Shown here in pieces: positions 50,781 through 61,227 of a stretch of 64,000 nt of DNA; positions within the stretch are counted from its first letter, which is position 1, and the number at the start of each line of letters is the position of its first letter. The notes beneath the pieces were generated by a model, which saw only the letters and a program-made list of their open reading frames with translations, was not told the DNA's origin and made no database searches. Source of the stretch: Candidatus Latescibacterota bacterium (GTDB lineage Bacteria; Latescibacterota; CBDEFO01); the NCBI GenBank assembly GCA_965248755.1, contig OZ252149.1, positions 4,416,001 through 4,480,000 of the forward strand, in the 5' to 3' direction. The translations under genes and the position numbers were made by a program.

Positions 50781-51457
50781 AGTGGAACACCGGCTGCAAA
50801 GAGTTGGATGTATCGGGGGTTAAAATGAAAGGTGCCTTCCTGGGGAAAGTGACCTCGAAGGTACGAGATCTGGCCGGCTTGTTGAGTATGGGTGGTAAAG
50901 GCATTATATTAGACGTGGGATGCGGAAACGGTCTGTTCCTTGCGTCATTAGGCAGAGCGTCAGCTTCAAAGAATGAATTAGTCCTGGTTGGAGTGGACAG
51001 ATCTATGCCGCTTTTGAAGGAGGCTAAGGGAATTTTCAAAGATAATTCCGTGGAGTGCGTAAGCCTCCTCCAGGGGAACGCTTTAGCAATGCCGTTCAAG
51101 CGTGGGTCGCTAGATTACGTCTTGATGATTAATACGCTTCTGAATATGCCGGATAGGACAGTAGTAGTAGCTATCCTTCGCGAGCTTATGTCTCTCTGCA
51201 AGATAGACGGAAAGATGGTTGTGGACATCCGCAACGGACATAATCCCTATATAAGGTTTAAATACTGGCTTCACAACAGAAGGGGGACATTCCCGACGAA
51301 GGCTTACAGATTAGATGAGATATGTCGTATATTTGAGAAAGCTGGGTTTGCAGTAGCCCGAAAGGTACCTGTCGGGATTCCTGCTTTATCTATGGCTTTT
51401 GCGTTTGTGTTGGAGGCAGTGAAAGTCCGAAAGGTGGATGAAGGATGCAGTTATTGA
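50777..51457 (+). CDS. Class I SAM-dependent methyltransferase
   Basis: ILDVGCGNG, GNALAMPF; GGAGGA RBS before GTG 50777. Confidence 0.85.
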   Translation: MKWNTGCKELDVSGVKMKGAFLGKVTSKVRDLAGLLSMGGKGIILDVGCGNGLFLASLGRASASKNELVLVGVDRSMPLLKEAKGIFKDNSVECVSLLQGNALAMPFKRGSLDYVLMINTLLNMPDRTVVVAILRELMSLCKIDGKMVVDIRNGHNPYIRFKYWLHNRRGTFPTKAYRLDEICRIFEKAGFAVARKVPVGIPALSMAFAFVLEAVKVRKVDEGCSY

Positions 51458-52629
51458 CGCCTTCTGCTGGAACGCCCCTGGGCTTGGGAGACCTTTTACA
51501 GGGAATCACCTCGTCCAACGGGAGCGTCAGGGGACTTGAGGCGCAGCTCTCAGATTACGTTAAAGTCGGCTACTGTCACTTTGTAAATTCGGGGACGACA
51601 GCGCTCTACATAATTTTAGAGGTCTTAAAGGGATTATCAGACAAAAACAAAGTAGTGCTCCCGGCTTATACCGCGCCTTCTTTGATATTGCCGATAGAAA
51701 GAGCTGGATTAAGAGCTGTTCTTTGCGATGTATCGCTCGATACATTTAATTTGGATATAGAGCATCTGGAGGAATCCGCAGGAGAAGCTGCACTGTGCGT
51801 GGTTCCAGTCCATATGTTCGGAATTCCGATGGATATCGAAAGAGTGAAAGATGTTGTAGAGGATAAGAACGTATTTATCATAGAGGACGCAGCTTCCTCC
51901 TTCGGCTCAAAGATAAAGGGCAGGATGACCGGGACGTTTGGTGACGTGGGCTTCTACAGTTTCAACAGAGGGAAGAATCTCTCGACCTTGACAGGGGGAT
52001 GTGTGCTCACGGACTCGGAGGACATCTCTTCAAGGATTGTTGAAAAGATTTCGAAGCTGTCAGAGTTGAGCTTAAAGTCAAGGTTGATTATGGAGGCAAA
52101 AGCGGCTGCGCTATCTATAGTTGTGCGCCCATTCTTCTATACTGCCTTGTACAGTATTGTATCTAAATTCAAATATACCGAGCTTCACACCGATTTTGTG
52201 TCGTTTAAGTATACGGACTTTCAGGCGGGAGTGGGGAGGGAAGTCCTTAAAAGGGCTGAGGATATTTTCGCAAGGAGGCATCAAAATGGGATTTTTCTGT
52301 ATGGGGAGCTTGAAGGTACAGAGAGAATCGTACTGCCCCGCATTCCAGAGAATTCTACTCCAGTCTTTAATCAGTTTCCACTGCTGTTTGAGGCTACAGA
52401 GACGAGAGACAGGATTCAAAGGGAAATTTTCAAAGGGGGCGTGGAGATAACGATCCTTTACCGTGATCCTATTCACAGGATACACGATCTGGGATACGAT
52501 CTGGATAACGATCCCTTTCCAAATGCGACGTACATATCTCAGAGATTGCTCTTAATCCCAACTCATCCTCTTATTTCTCTTGATAAATTGAGCAAAATTG
52601 TGGAGATTATAAAAAGAGAGGTTCGTTAA
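51445..52629 (+). CDS. DegT/DnrJ/EryC1/StrS aminotransferase-like protein
   Basis: SGTTAL, VHMFG, IEDAA, SFNRGKN. Confidence 0.88.
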   Translation: MQLLTPSAGTPLGLGDLLQGITSSNGSVRGLEAQLSDYVKVGYCHFVNSGTTALYIILEVLKGLSDKNKVVLPAYTAPSLILPIERAGLRAVLCDVSLDTFNLDIEHLEESAGEAALCVVPVHMFGIPMDIERVKDVVEDKNVFIIEDAASSFGSKIKGRMTGTFGDVGFYSFNRGKNLSTLTGGCVLTDSEDISSRIVEKISKLSELSLKSRLIMEAKAAALSIVVRPFFYTALYSIVSKFKYTELHTDFVSFKYTDFQAGVGREVLKRAEDIFARRHQNGIFLYGELEGTERIVLPRIPENSTPVFNQFPLLFEATETRDRIQREIFKGGVEITILYRDPIHRIHDLGYDLDNDPFPNATYISQRLLLIPTHPLISLDKLSKIVEIIKREVR

Positions 52630-52671
52630 GACAAGCAAACAGTAGGCAGCATATAGGGAGAGGCAGTCTGA

Positions 52672-52842
52672 GTGAGATTCTCTGGCTGATCTTCGGAGAC
52701 CCTTGGCTTGGTTCTGTGCCAGGGCTTTGGGCGTCCCCGACCCCCAATTGAGTCGCCGATAGACTCAATCGGGGACTCGCAATAGCTGAAGGTTGGAGCC
52801 AAAAATCGTCATTTCGAGGGATTAAAAACTCCGAAACAATCT
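52672..52842. repeat. Composite palindromic repeat with reversed mini-palindrome (52753-52775)
   Basis: GTGAGATT...TCGCCGATAGACTCAATCGGGGA-CTCGCAAT; GTCATTTCGAG...GAAACAATCT. Confidence 0.75.
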
Positions 52843-52883
52843 GATGGGATAGGAGGAGGCGCCCCGACTACTGTCTACTATTC

Positions 52884-54035
52884 ATGGTTCTATTAATCAT
52901 AACTCGATTGGACAAGGGCGGCTCTGCTGAGGCTGTGATGCAGCTTGCCGAGGGCTTGAGAAAAGACGGCTACAGCGTCAAACTCACAACAGGGAGGACG
53001 CTGGAACCTTATGAGGATATTGAGAGCTTTAGCAAGCGGACAGATGTGCCACTGATCTTGGTCGATGAACTCAGGAGGTCAATAAATCCGTACTGGGATC
53101 TGAAAGCTCTGCTCAGATTAAGGTATATTATCAGCAAGGAAAAGCCGGATATTGTCCACACCCACTCGTCGAAGGCGGGATTCTTAGGGAGATTAGCAGC
53201 CCGGTGGGCGGGCGCAACCACGATAATCCACTCCCCTCACGGCCACGTTTTCTACGGTTATTTTGGGAAGCTGAGGACAGAGCTATATATCCTTTTAGAA
53301 AGGTTGACAGCAAGGATTACAGATAGAGTGATCACGTTGACCGAAAGGGGGAAATGGGATCACGTCAGCTTAAAGGTGGGACCATCTGAGAAGTTTGAGA
53401 CGATATTTTGTGGGATAGATATAAGTAAATTCAAAGGGGCAGAGAGGGATAGAGAGTGGATCGAGACGGAATTGGGGATTCCGCGGGACTCATTATTGGC
53501 AGGATGGGTTGGTAGGCTGGTACCGATTAAAGGGTGTGAGCATTTTATCAGGGCGTGTAGTTTGGCGGTTAAGCAGAGGCCGGACGTTCGCTTTCTGATC
53601 GTAGGAGATGGGACTTTAAGGGGAGAATTGGAAGATCTGATGGGAAGTCTGCGTATGGAGAAAAGGATGGTCTTTGCAGGGGACAGGCGGGATGTCTCTG
53701 ATATCATGGCTTCGCTGGATCTCTTTGTATTATCTTCGCTGAACGAAGGCCTGGGGAGGGTGTTAATCGAGGCTATGGCGTGCGGTTTGTCGGTCGTGGC
53801 GACGGATGTAGGGGGGGTGGGAGATATTGTGGCAGACGGAGAAACGGGGCTGTTGGTTCCCCCCGCTGACTCAATTAGAATGTCTGAGGCTATGGTCAAG
53901 GTTCTGTCAGATTCCAGGCTGAGAGAAGGACTGGGAAGAGCAGGGGAGAAGAGGGCTGGAATCTTTGAGGTGGAAAAAACTCTCGAAAGGACGGAGGAAC
54001 TCTATTGTCGGCTTATAGACAAAAGATCACGATAG
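52884..54035 (+). CDS. Glycosyltransferase family 4
   Basis: HTHSSKAG, GRLVPIKG, NEGLG..LIEAM. Confidence 0.93.
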   Translation: MVLLIITRLDKGGSAEAVMQLAEGLRKDGYSVKLTTGRTLEPYEDIESFSKRTDVPLILVDELRRSINPYWDLKALLRLRYIISKEKPDIVHTHSSKAGFLGRLAARWAGATTIIHSPHGHVFYGYFGKLRTELYILLERLTARITDRVITLTERGKWDHVSLKVGPSEKFETIFCGIDISKFKGAERDREWIETELGIPRDSLLAGWVGRLVPIKGCEHFIRACSLAVKQRPDVRFLIVGDGTLRGELEDLMGSLRMEKRMVFAGDRRDVSDIMASLDLFVLSSLNEGLGRVLIEAMACGLSVVATDVGGVGDIVADGETGLLVPPADSIRMSEAMVKVLSDSRLREGLGRAGEKRAGIFEVEKTLERTEELYCRLIDKRSR

Positions 54036-55525
54036 TTATAGTTGCGGCTGTGTCAGTGCTCATTCCCACGCTAATCTGGGCCCAGAACGTTGGGAGGGTT
54101 CCTTCGGTCGTTCACATAGATTCGGATGTAAGCGGCGGGGAGCTTTCTGTTCCTGAGCTTGCGGAGCTTATAGAGGAGAACGGACTTCAGGTGGCGATAT
54201 TCACTGATCACGATAATATGAGAGTGGAGTACGGCATTCCACCTTTCCGGAACATTTTAGGCTGGATAACCGGAACACTGACGGAGGAGGAATCTATCTT
54301 CACGTATGGGACTCAAGAATATGTGGATATGTTTGAGGAACTGAACGCCCAGAATCCCGGAACCGTGCTAATCCACGGCATAGAGGCTGTGCCGTTCTAT
54401 TACTGGGAGGGGAGTATCTTTGAGGGCCTTCTGCAGGCAAAGAACTGGCACGAGCATCTTTTGGTGATAGGACTGGAGAGTGCGGAGGACTACGATAATC
54501 TTCCGTCAATAGCCAAAGACTTTCCGGGACAGTACGATTTAGTCACCGTAATAATAAGTCTGTGGCCCATTGCGCTGATATTGCTGGCATATAATGTCTT
54601 TTTAAGGAGACCTCCAAAAGTATCGAAGAACGACTTTTTGAGGAGAAACGGCGGTATCAAGAGAGTGGTAGGGATATCGTTGGCAGTACTCGGAGCCTTG
54701 CTTCTGATTGAGAATTTTCCGTACCGTTATCCGATCTACGATCAGTACAGCGGTAACCTCGGGATCGCCCCTTATCAGCATCTGATAGACTATGTGAACG
54801 GGAGGGGTGGGATGGTGTTCTGGGCTCATCCTGAGGTGGACCAGAAGCTGTCCAGGGAGGCTCCGATTATAGGAAAGGTGGAGATAGTAACTGCGGCTTA
54901 TCAGAATGATCTTTTGGAGGCGAGGGATTACGCAGGGTTTGCGGCATTCTGGGAAGGAATGAAATATACGGCCGTCCCGGGAGGTGTCTGGGATAAGGTC
55001 CTTCTTGAGTACTGCAGGGGGGAAAGAGAAAGTCCCGTCTGGGCAATTGGTGAGTCGGACTTTGAGGGAGAGTTCGATCCCAAAGTTATAAGGGAGGTTT
55101 CGACTGTACTCTTGATAGATGAGGTGACCAGGGAGTCCGTTTTAGATGCTATGAGGAACGGGAAGATGTATGCGACGAGGAATTTCCTTGCAGATTATGT
55201 CATCATCGACGAGTTTTCCCTTAAAGATAGCCAGAATAGAGACGTCGTCGGATATTCCGGCGAGACGATCGAAGTTAAGGGAGATCCTGAGATAGTTTTA
55301 GCCATGACAGTGGTAGACAGGACTAATCTGCGAAAGAAACTGAACGTAGAGCTGATCAGAGAGGGGCAGGTTGTAAAGAGAGTCAAATGGGATTGGGATT
55401 CTCCCATCAAACTTGTGGACAAGGACGCCCCGCGCGGCGTCAAGACCTACTACAGAGCTTCTGTTTTGACAGGCAATTATTCTGTTATGGTCACGAATCC
55501 AATATTTGTGGAGACTTCGGAGTGA
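54005..55525 (+). CDS. Membrane-anchored PHP-like metallohydrolase of unknown function
   Basis: Signal peptide; VHIDS, FTDHD, GIE, EHL, WAHP, GESDF; two internal TM helices. Confidence 0.65.
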   Translation: MSAYRQKITIVIVAAVSVLIPTLIWAQNVGRVPSVVHIDSDVSGGELSVPELAELIEENGLQVAIFTDHDNMRVEYGIPPFRNILGWITGTLTEEESIFTYGTQEYVDMFEELNAQNPGTVLIHGIEAVPFYYWEGSIFEGLLQAKNWHEHLLVIGLESAEDYDNLPSIAKDFPGQYDLVTVIISLWPIALILLAYNVFLRRPPKVSKNDFLRRNGGIKRVVGISLAVLGALLLIENFPYRYPIYDQYSGNLGIAPYQHLIDYVNGRGGMVFWAHPEVDQKLSREAPIIGKVEIVTAAYQNDLLEARDYAGFAAFWEGMKYTAVPGGVWDKVLLEYCRGERESPVWAIGESDFEGEFDPKVIREVSTVLLIDEVTRESVLDAMRNGKMYATRNFLADYVIIDEFSLKDSQNRDVVGYSGETIEVKGDPEIVLAMTVVDRTNLRKKLNVELIREGQVVKRVKWDWDSPIKLVDKDAPRGVKTYYRASVLTGNYSVMVTNPIFVETSE

Positions 55526-56202
55526 TTGCAGGCGCACATCAGCCTCAGTATCTCCCCTGGCTGGGCTATTTCGATAAGATAGATAGCTCTGACGTATTTG
55601 TGCTCTTAGATAATGTTCAGTATAAGAAGAACGAATGGCAAAACAGGAACAAGATCAAGACATCTTGTGGATGGCAGTGGCAGACAGTCCCCGTGCTTTA
55701 CAAGTTTCCCGAAAAGATCAACCGGGTCAGGATAAATAATAAAGAGAGGTGGAGAAGGAAGCATCTACAAGCTCTAATTTCCAACTATTCCAAGGCCCAG
55801 TTTTTTAAGGATCACATAGAATTTTGGGAGGAATTCTATTCGAGGGAATGGGAGATGCTTACTGACGTAAATATAGAGGCGGTCAGGTATCTTTCAAGGG
55901 TATTGGGGATTCAGACCGAAACTGTCATAGGGTCACATATGGATTTGAGCGACGATCAGACAGGCAGGCTGGTTGATATGTGCCTCCAATTGGGAGCGGA
56001 CACCTACCTTGCCGGTGCCGGAGCAGTGGACTATATGGATGTACGGAAATTTGAGGAAGCTGGGATAGAGGTCATCTTTCAGGATTTTAGGCATCCCCAA
56101 TATAGACAGTTGTTCGGAGAGTTCGAGCCGTATATGTCCGCGGTGGACCTGATTTTCAACTGTGGGGATAAGAGTCTGGACATTATAAGGGAAGGACAAT
56201 AA
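55522..56202 (+). CDS. WbqC family protein
   Basis: HQPQYLPWLGYF, WQNRNKI, YLAG, SAVDL. Confidence 0.92.
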   Translation: MIAGAHQPQYLPWLGYFDKIDSSDVFVLLDNVQYKKNEWQNRNKIKTSCGWQWQTVPVLYKFPEKINRVRINNKERWRRKHLQALISNYSKAQFFKDHIEFWEEFYSREWEMLTDVNIEAVRYLSRVLGIQTETVIGSHMDLSDDQTGRLVDMCLQLGADTYLAGAGAVDYMDVRKFEEAGIEVIFQDFRHPQYRQLFGEFEPYMSAVDLIFNCGDKSLDIIREGQ

Positions 56203-56245
56203 GATCAGGACTATTCAGTTTTCTCAAGAAGCGCTGAAAAGCCTT

Positions 56246-56320
56246 TGAGATTGCGTGGAGGTTCGACGATGACAGGGCAAGACAAAAAAACGCCATTGCC
56301 AGCCAGGCGATGCAATCTCA
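56246..56320. repeat. Degenerate palindromic repeat copy
   Basis: TGAGATTGC...GATGAC / CCATTGC...GCAATCTCA. Confidence 0.6.
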
Positions 56321-56412
56321 ATGCATGATAACTGAGCGTTCCTGAGTTCAGAGTGTCGTTATGATCCTGAAATAAGACAGGAAACTGCTGACATCTATGA
56401 AGGAAAACATAA

Positions 56413-57054
56413 ATGAATATTCTGGCAATTGGAGCACATCCTGATGACATAGAGATAGGGTGCGGAGGTACACTGATAAAGTACAGTCAATGTGGCAACA
56501 ATATCTATCTTTTGATTATGACGGACGGGGGCATGGCGACAGATCCTGACATAAGGCGCAAGGAGCAGACAGCTTCCGCCCAGCTTATGGGAGCCAAGGA
56601 TGTCTTCTTCGCAAACTATAAAGACACTGAGCTTGTCTGTGACAGAGAGTTGATAGAGAGGATAGAGGAGACTGTGGTAGAAGTGGAGCCGGATATGATA
56701 TTCGTGCATTATCTTGAGGATACTCATCAGGATCATAGGAATCTGTCTCAGGCTACGGTTTCAGCGACCAGGTATATAGAAAACGTCCTCTTTTACGAAG
56801 GCCCGAGCACCGAGCAGAGCTTTATGCCGAGCGTATTTGTAAATGTTAAGAGTGTGTTGAATAAGAAGTTAGAACTTTTGGAGGCCCACGTATCCCAGGT
56901 GATGAGGGCCTCTGTGGGATGGTCATTAAGGGAGGACTCCAAGGAGATGTCCATAATTGATGTTGCAAGGTCCTTAGCTCGCTTCAGAGGTTGGCAGGGA
57001 AAAACCGAGTTTGCCGAGGGGTTCGTTCCGTCAAGGTTGTTCTTGGATATCTGA
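56413..57054 (+). CDS. PIG-L/LmbE family deacetylase
   Basis: AHPDDIE, R..E, DTHQDH, HVSQ. Confidence 0.92.
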   Translation: MNILAIGAHPDDIEIGCGGTLIKYSQCGNNIYLLIMTDGGMATDPDIRRKEQTASAQLMGAKDVFFANYKDTELVCDRELIERIEETVVEVEPDMIFVHYLEDTHQDHRNLSQATVSATRYIENVLFYEGPSTEQSFMPSVFVNVKSVLNKKLELLEAHVSQVMRASVGWSLREDSKEMSIIDVARSLARFRGWQGKTEFAEGFVPSRLFLDI

Positions 57055-57083
57055 CCGAGGAGGCGAAGCAGCAGGAAAGCACA

Positions 57084-57767
57084 ATGGTCGAACAGGATAA
57101 CTTAAAAAGGATTGCAGGAGAAAGAGGCGCAGAATACGTAACAGACGGTATGGTAGTGGGATTGGGCACCGGTTCGACAGTCTATTACACGCTGATCAAA
57201 TTAGGTAAGATGATTCGCGAAGGTCTAAATATTGTCGGAATCCCGACATCTCTACAGACCGAGAGAATAGCCAAAGAGCAAAAGATAAGACTTTCGACGC
57301 TTGAGGAACATCCCAGGATAGATGTCACAATAGACGGAGCAGATGAAGTAGATCCAAACTTAAACCTGATCAAGGGCTTGGGTGGAGCTTTAGTGAGAGA
57401 AAAGGTAGTAGCCAAATCTTCGGAGCGTTTGATTATCGTGGTAGACGATAGCAAATTAGTCGAAAAATTGGGCATAAAATCGTCTCTTCCTGTGGAAGTC
57501 GTGTCCTTCGCCTGGGCCTCGGTTTTTGAGCATCTCAACGATATATGCAGTTTCCCGAGCCTGCGCAGAGAGCAAAACGACGATATTTTCCTCTCAGATA
57601 ACGGAAACTATATCATAGACTGCACATTTGGAGGCATAGATAATCCAGAAGAAGTCGAAAGAGAGATTAAGAGTATAACAGGCGTTATAGACAGCGGACT
57701 CTTCATAGGCATAGCAAATAGGGTGATCGTAGGCTCTGAAGGTGGAGCGAGAGTTTTGTGCCGATGA
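57084..57767 (+). CDS. rpiA: Ribose-5-phosphate isomerase A
   Basis: GLGTGST, DGADE, KGLGGAL.REK, DNGN. Confidence 0.95.
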   Translation: MVEQDNLKRIAGERGAEYVTDGMVVGLGTGSTVYYTLIKLGKMIREGLNIVGIPTSLQTERIAKEQKIRLSTLEEHPRIDVTIDGADEVDPNLNLIKGLGGALVREKVVAKSSERLIIVVDDSKLVEKLGIKSSLPVEVVSFAWASVFEHLNDICSFPSLRREQNDDIFLSDNGNYIIDCTFGGIDNPEEVEREIKSITGVIDSGLFIGIANRVIVGSEGGARVLCR

Positions 57768-58816
57768 GTGAGATTATTGGGCATTCCAGACCGACTCTGG
57801 GTATTGAAGAAGTAGAGGCCGTGCGCGATGTCCTCCTTTCAGGGCAAATTGCTCAAGGGGCGTGTGTAAGCAGATTCGAAAGAAAGATGGCGGAGTTTGT
57901 GGGCAGGAGTAGTGGTGTTGCTACAAGTTCAGGGACCGCAGCTCTGCACCTGGCTCTTCTGGCTCTGGGAACAGGAGAAGGGCATGAGGTAATCATCCCG
58001 ACTTATGTGTGTACTGCGCTGTTGAACGCTGTAAACTACGTGGGTGCACACGCTGTAGTTGCAGATATTGACCCTCGCAGTTATAATATATGCCCTAATG
58101 ACGTAAGAAAGAGAATTACAAGGAGGACAAAGGCGATAATTCTGCCGCATATGTTTGGACTCCCTGCGGATGTAGATGAAATTCTAAAGATAGGAATCCC
58201 AGTCATAGAGGACTTTGCACTGAGTGTGGGGGCCCTTTATAAGGGCAAGAGAGTAGGGGGCTTCGGAGCCATTTCGATTGTTTCTTTCTATGCCACAAAG
58301 ATGTTGGGGACAGGGGAAGGTGGGATGGCCCTTTCAAACGATAAGGGTGCACTGAATAAAATGAAGGATTTGAGAGAGTACGATAATAAAAAGGACTATA
58401 AAGTCCGGTACAATTACAAAATGGCGGATATGGTGGGAGCTTTGGGGATTGCTCAGTTGAAGAAGCTTCCGGAATTCCTGCGAAGAAGAAAAGAAATAGC
58501 AAATAGATTCAACTGTGAATTTAAGACTCTAACAATTGCCCTCCCAATCAGTTATGAGGACAGAGATCATGTCTTCTATAGATATGTGGTGGATATTGGC
58601 AGGAAATCTGGAGAATTCATAGAGGCTATGGGAAAAAGGAAGATTACGTGCGCCCGGCCTGTGCATCTGCCTATACACGGGTATCTGGGATTGGTGGATT
58701 GTCCGAACGCGGATACGGCGTGGGAAGGAGCTGTATCGCTCCCGATCTATCCATCTATGTCTGAGGGCGAGGCGAACAGGATTGTGGAGGCGGTAAGGGA
58801 TTTGCTAACACTGTAG
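57764..58816 (+). CDS. DegT/DnrJ/EryC1/StrS aminotransferase
   Basis: SSGTAALHL, HMFG, IED, SFYATK, GEGG. Confidence 0.92.
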   Translation: MSEIIGHSRPTLGIEEVEAVRDVLLSGQIAQGACVSRFERKMAEFVGRSSGVATSSGTAALHLALLALGTGEGHEVIIPTYVCTALLNAVNYVGAHAVVADIDPRSYNICPNDVRKRITRRTKAIILPHMFGLPADVDEILKIGIPVIEDFALSVGALYKGKRVGGFGAISIVSFYATKMLGTGEGGMALSNDKGALNKMKDLREYDNKKDYKVRYNYKMADMVGALGIAQLKKLPEFLRRRKEIANRFNCEFKTLTIALPISYEDRDHVFYRYVVDIGRKSGEFIEAMGKRKITCARPVHLPIHGYLGLVDCPNADTAWEGAVSLPIYPSMSEGEANRIVEAVRDLLTL

Positions 58817-58866
58817 CGGCCTGGGTATCGCCCTGGTTGAATAGGATCCTTGAGGGATCATACAAG

Positions 58867-60096
58867 ATGGAGAGACAGAAAGAGAAATATCAAAAAGCAG
58901 GACACAAATCGATCTTTGTAGTGGTATTTTTCTTAGTGTTGATGCTACTTGCCATGTTTGTGTTGTCGCCAGGTATTAAAGGGATTTTCTTGGATCATGG
59001 TCTTAAATGGCTCTATATCCTTGCTTTCTCATTCTTTGTATCTTTCCTTGTGACTCCACTTGTGAGACTCTCGGTTTTGAGGATCGGCGTGCTGGATAAT
59101 CCCGATACACGGAAGATCCATACAGACCCTATCCCGCTTTTGGGAGGCATAGCGATATATGTAGCTTTTACGGCTACTGTGGCTAACAATTTGGATTTTT
59201 CCGACAATCTCAAGGGAATCATCATAGGCGCGACAATGCTTATGTTGTGCGGCATGGCGGACGATGTTGTAGGTGTTTCTGCGAAGTTGAAACTACTGGT
59301 TCAAATAACAGCTTCTCTCGTCATGTCGTGGTTCGGCATTAAGTTCGATTTCCTACCGAACACGCTGATGGGGAACATAGGCGAAGTAGCGATCACCGCC
59401 TTTTGGGTTGTGGGAATTACGAACGCCTTAAACTTTTTTGATGGAATGGACGGACTCGCAGTGGGCATCACCGCTATAATGGCATTTTTTATAGGTCTTT
59501 TTGCGATTCAGGCAGATGGACAGAACCATCTGATGCTCCTGTCTTTATCGCTTATGGGAAGTTGCTTAGGATTCTTGCCGTACAATTTCAGGTTGCGAGG
59601 ACCTGCAACGATATTTATAGGAGATACAGGGAGCATGTTGTTGGGGTTTTCCATAGCTGCGATGGCGGTGATGGGAGTGTGGGGAACTGTAATTGTAGAT
59701 GGAGCGGAGAGAAATGACCCGGTCAAGGCCTTCAGCGTTCCCATTTTAATAATGGGGGTCTTGATCTTTGATATGATATACACGACTGTAGAGAGAATAG
59801 TAACAGAAAAAGTGTCTAATTTTAGAGAATGGATAGATTATACAGGGAAGGATCATCTACATCACAGGCTGAACGCTTTGGGGTTGAGCAGAAGGCAAAG
59901 TGTTCTTTTCATCTACCTTATGTGTACGGGACTGGGACTTTCCGCAATAGCGTTGAAAAACGGCAGACCGATAGATTCTCTGCTCTTGATCATTCAGGCT
60001 ATAGTAGTCTCTTTAGCTATTCTAATACTTATGGTTAGAGGAGCAAAGAATCTTGAGGAAAAGGTGGAACGTCAAGAAAACAAGGTGAGGCTTTGA
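58867..60096 (+). CDS. MraY/WecA-family undecaprenyl-phosphate sugar-1-phosphate transferase
   Basis: RKIH..PIP..GG, DD, NFFDGMDG, FIGDTG, DHLHHRL. Confidence 0.93.
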   Translation: MERQKEKYQKAGHKSIFVVVFFLVLMLLAMFVLSPGIKGIFLDHGLKWLYILAFSFFVSFLVTPLVRLSVLRIGVLDNPDTRKIHTDPIPLLGGIAIYVAFTATVANNLDFSDNLKGIIIGATMLMLCGMADDVVGVSAKLKLLVQITASLVMSWFGIKFDFLPNTLMGNIGEVAITAFWVVGITNALNFFDGMDGLAVGITAIMAFFIGLFAIQADGQNHLMLLSLSLMGSCLGFLPYNFRLRGPATIFIGDTGSMLLGFSIAAMAVMGVWGTVIVDGAERNDPVKAFSVPILIMGVLIFDMIYTTVERIVTEKVSNFREWIDYTGKDHLHHRLNALGLSRRQSVLFIYLMCTGLGLSAIALKNGRPIDSLLLIIQAIVVSLAILILMVRGAKNLEEKVERQENKVRL

Positions 60097-60395
60097 TGGA
60101 AGATGAAGAGATTCTAATGGGGGATGAAGGACGATACGAGTTTGTGGAAGTGGCAAGTTTCCCAAGCATGATATACGCGGAGATGGCGAAGGAGATCCTG
60201 GAAAACAACGGGATTCCGTGTGCGATCCAGGGAGATGCTTTAAATACAGCTTACGGAATGAAAGGGACGGGAATAGGAGTACAGGCAGTTATAGTTGTCT
60301 CCCAATTAGATATGGAGGAGGCGAAGGATGTCCTAGGCGGAATTATAGATAGCCAGGACGGTGACTATCTTTATGATGATGAGCAGTTTTTATAA
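60093..60395 (+). CDS. DUF2007-like small protein
   Basis: AEMAKEILENNGIPC pattern; co-oriented. Confidence 0.7.
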   Translation: MMEDEEILMGDEGRYEFVEVASFPSMIYAEMAKEILENNGIPCAIQGDALNTAYGMKGTGIGVQAVIVVSQLDMEEAKDVLGGIIDSQDGDYLYDDEQFL

Positions 60396-60442
60396 ATATT
60401 GTAATGTGACAGAAAAATATACGATTGCTAAAGAGAGAAAAT

Positions 60443-61213
60443 ATGGAAAGGAAAAAAAGCTTTAATAGTCTTTTACGAAGAGGCTCGCCGTACTTAGGTG
60501 TCTTTACGTATCTCTTATTCGGCACAGATGCATACGGAGGCACATTCAACTATAACGCATTTGAGAAGACCTTGCACGAATACGTAAAGGACGGAAGAGT
60601 CGATTATGAGAGGTTGAAAAAGAGCAAATCTATGGATATTCATATATCGCAACTGGCGAAGGCCCATCTGGGAAGTTTGAAGACAAGAGCGCAGAGATTG
60701 ACGTTCTGGATCAACGCTTACAACGCTCTGGCGATAAAGGGTGTCCTGGATAATTACCCCTTAAAGAGCGTGATGGACGTTGAGGGCTTCTTCGATAAGG
60801 TTAAATATGAGATCGCTGGCGTAGAGTACACGCTCAACGATATAGAGAACAGCGTTATAAGGCCGATTTTCGAAGATCCGCGGATCCATTTTGCATTGGT
60901 GTGCGCGTCTTTAAGTTGTCCAAACATAGAGGGCAACGCCTTTAAGCCGGAGGATCTGGACAAGGAGTTAGATGAAGCCGGGCGTAAGTTTTTGCAGGAC
61001 AGTTCAAAGAACAAGATAGATAAGGATAAGGGGATCGTCTATCTTTCCAAGATATTCGAGTGGTATGCACAAGATTTTATCAAATCTTCTGGATCGGTTC
61101 TGGAGTTTGTAAGGGACAATTTTTCGGATGAGGACAGGAACTATCTTAGAGGAAGAGACTTGAAAGTAGAGTTTTGGGAGTACGACTGGAATCTGAATGA
61201 CAAGGTCAATTAA
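60443..61213 (+). CDS. DUF547 domain protein
   Basis: VDY, FWINAYNA, LNDIEN, DPRIHFALVCASLSCP, YDWNLN. Confidence 0.92.
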   Translation: MERKKSFNSLLRRGSPYLGVFTYLLFGTDAYGGTFNYNAFEKTLHEYVKDGRVDYERLKKSKSMDIHISQLAKAHLGSLKTRAQRLTFWINAYNALAIKGVLDNYPLKSVMDVEGFFDKVKYEIAGVEYTLNDIENSVIRPIFEDPRIHFALVCASLSCPNIEGNAFKPEDLDKELDEAGRKFLQDSSKNKIDKDKGIVYLSKIFEWYAQDFIKSSGSVLEFVRDNFSDEDRNYLRGRDLKVEFWEYDWNLNDKVN

Positions 61214-61227
61214 AGAGGGAAGTAGAT

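Noticed and set aside
14825..52775. Mini-palindromes as CRISPR repeats or terminators
   Set aside because: Dispersed singly kilobases apart, no spacer array, no U-tract
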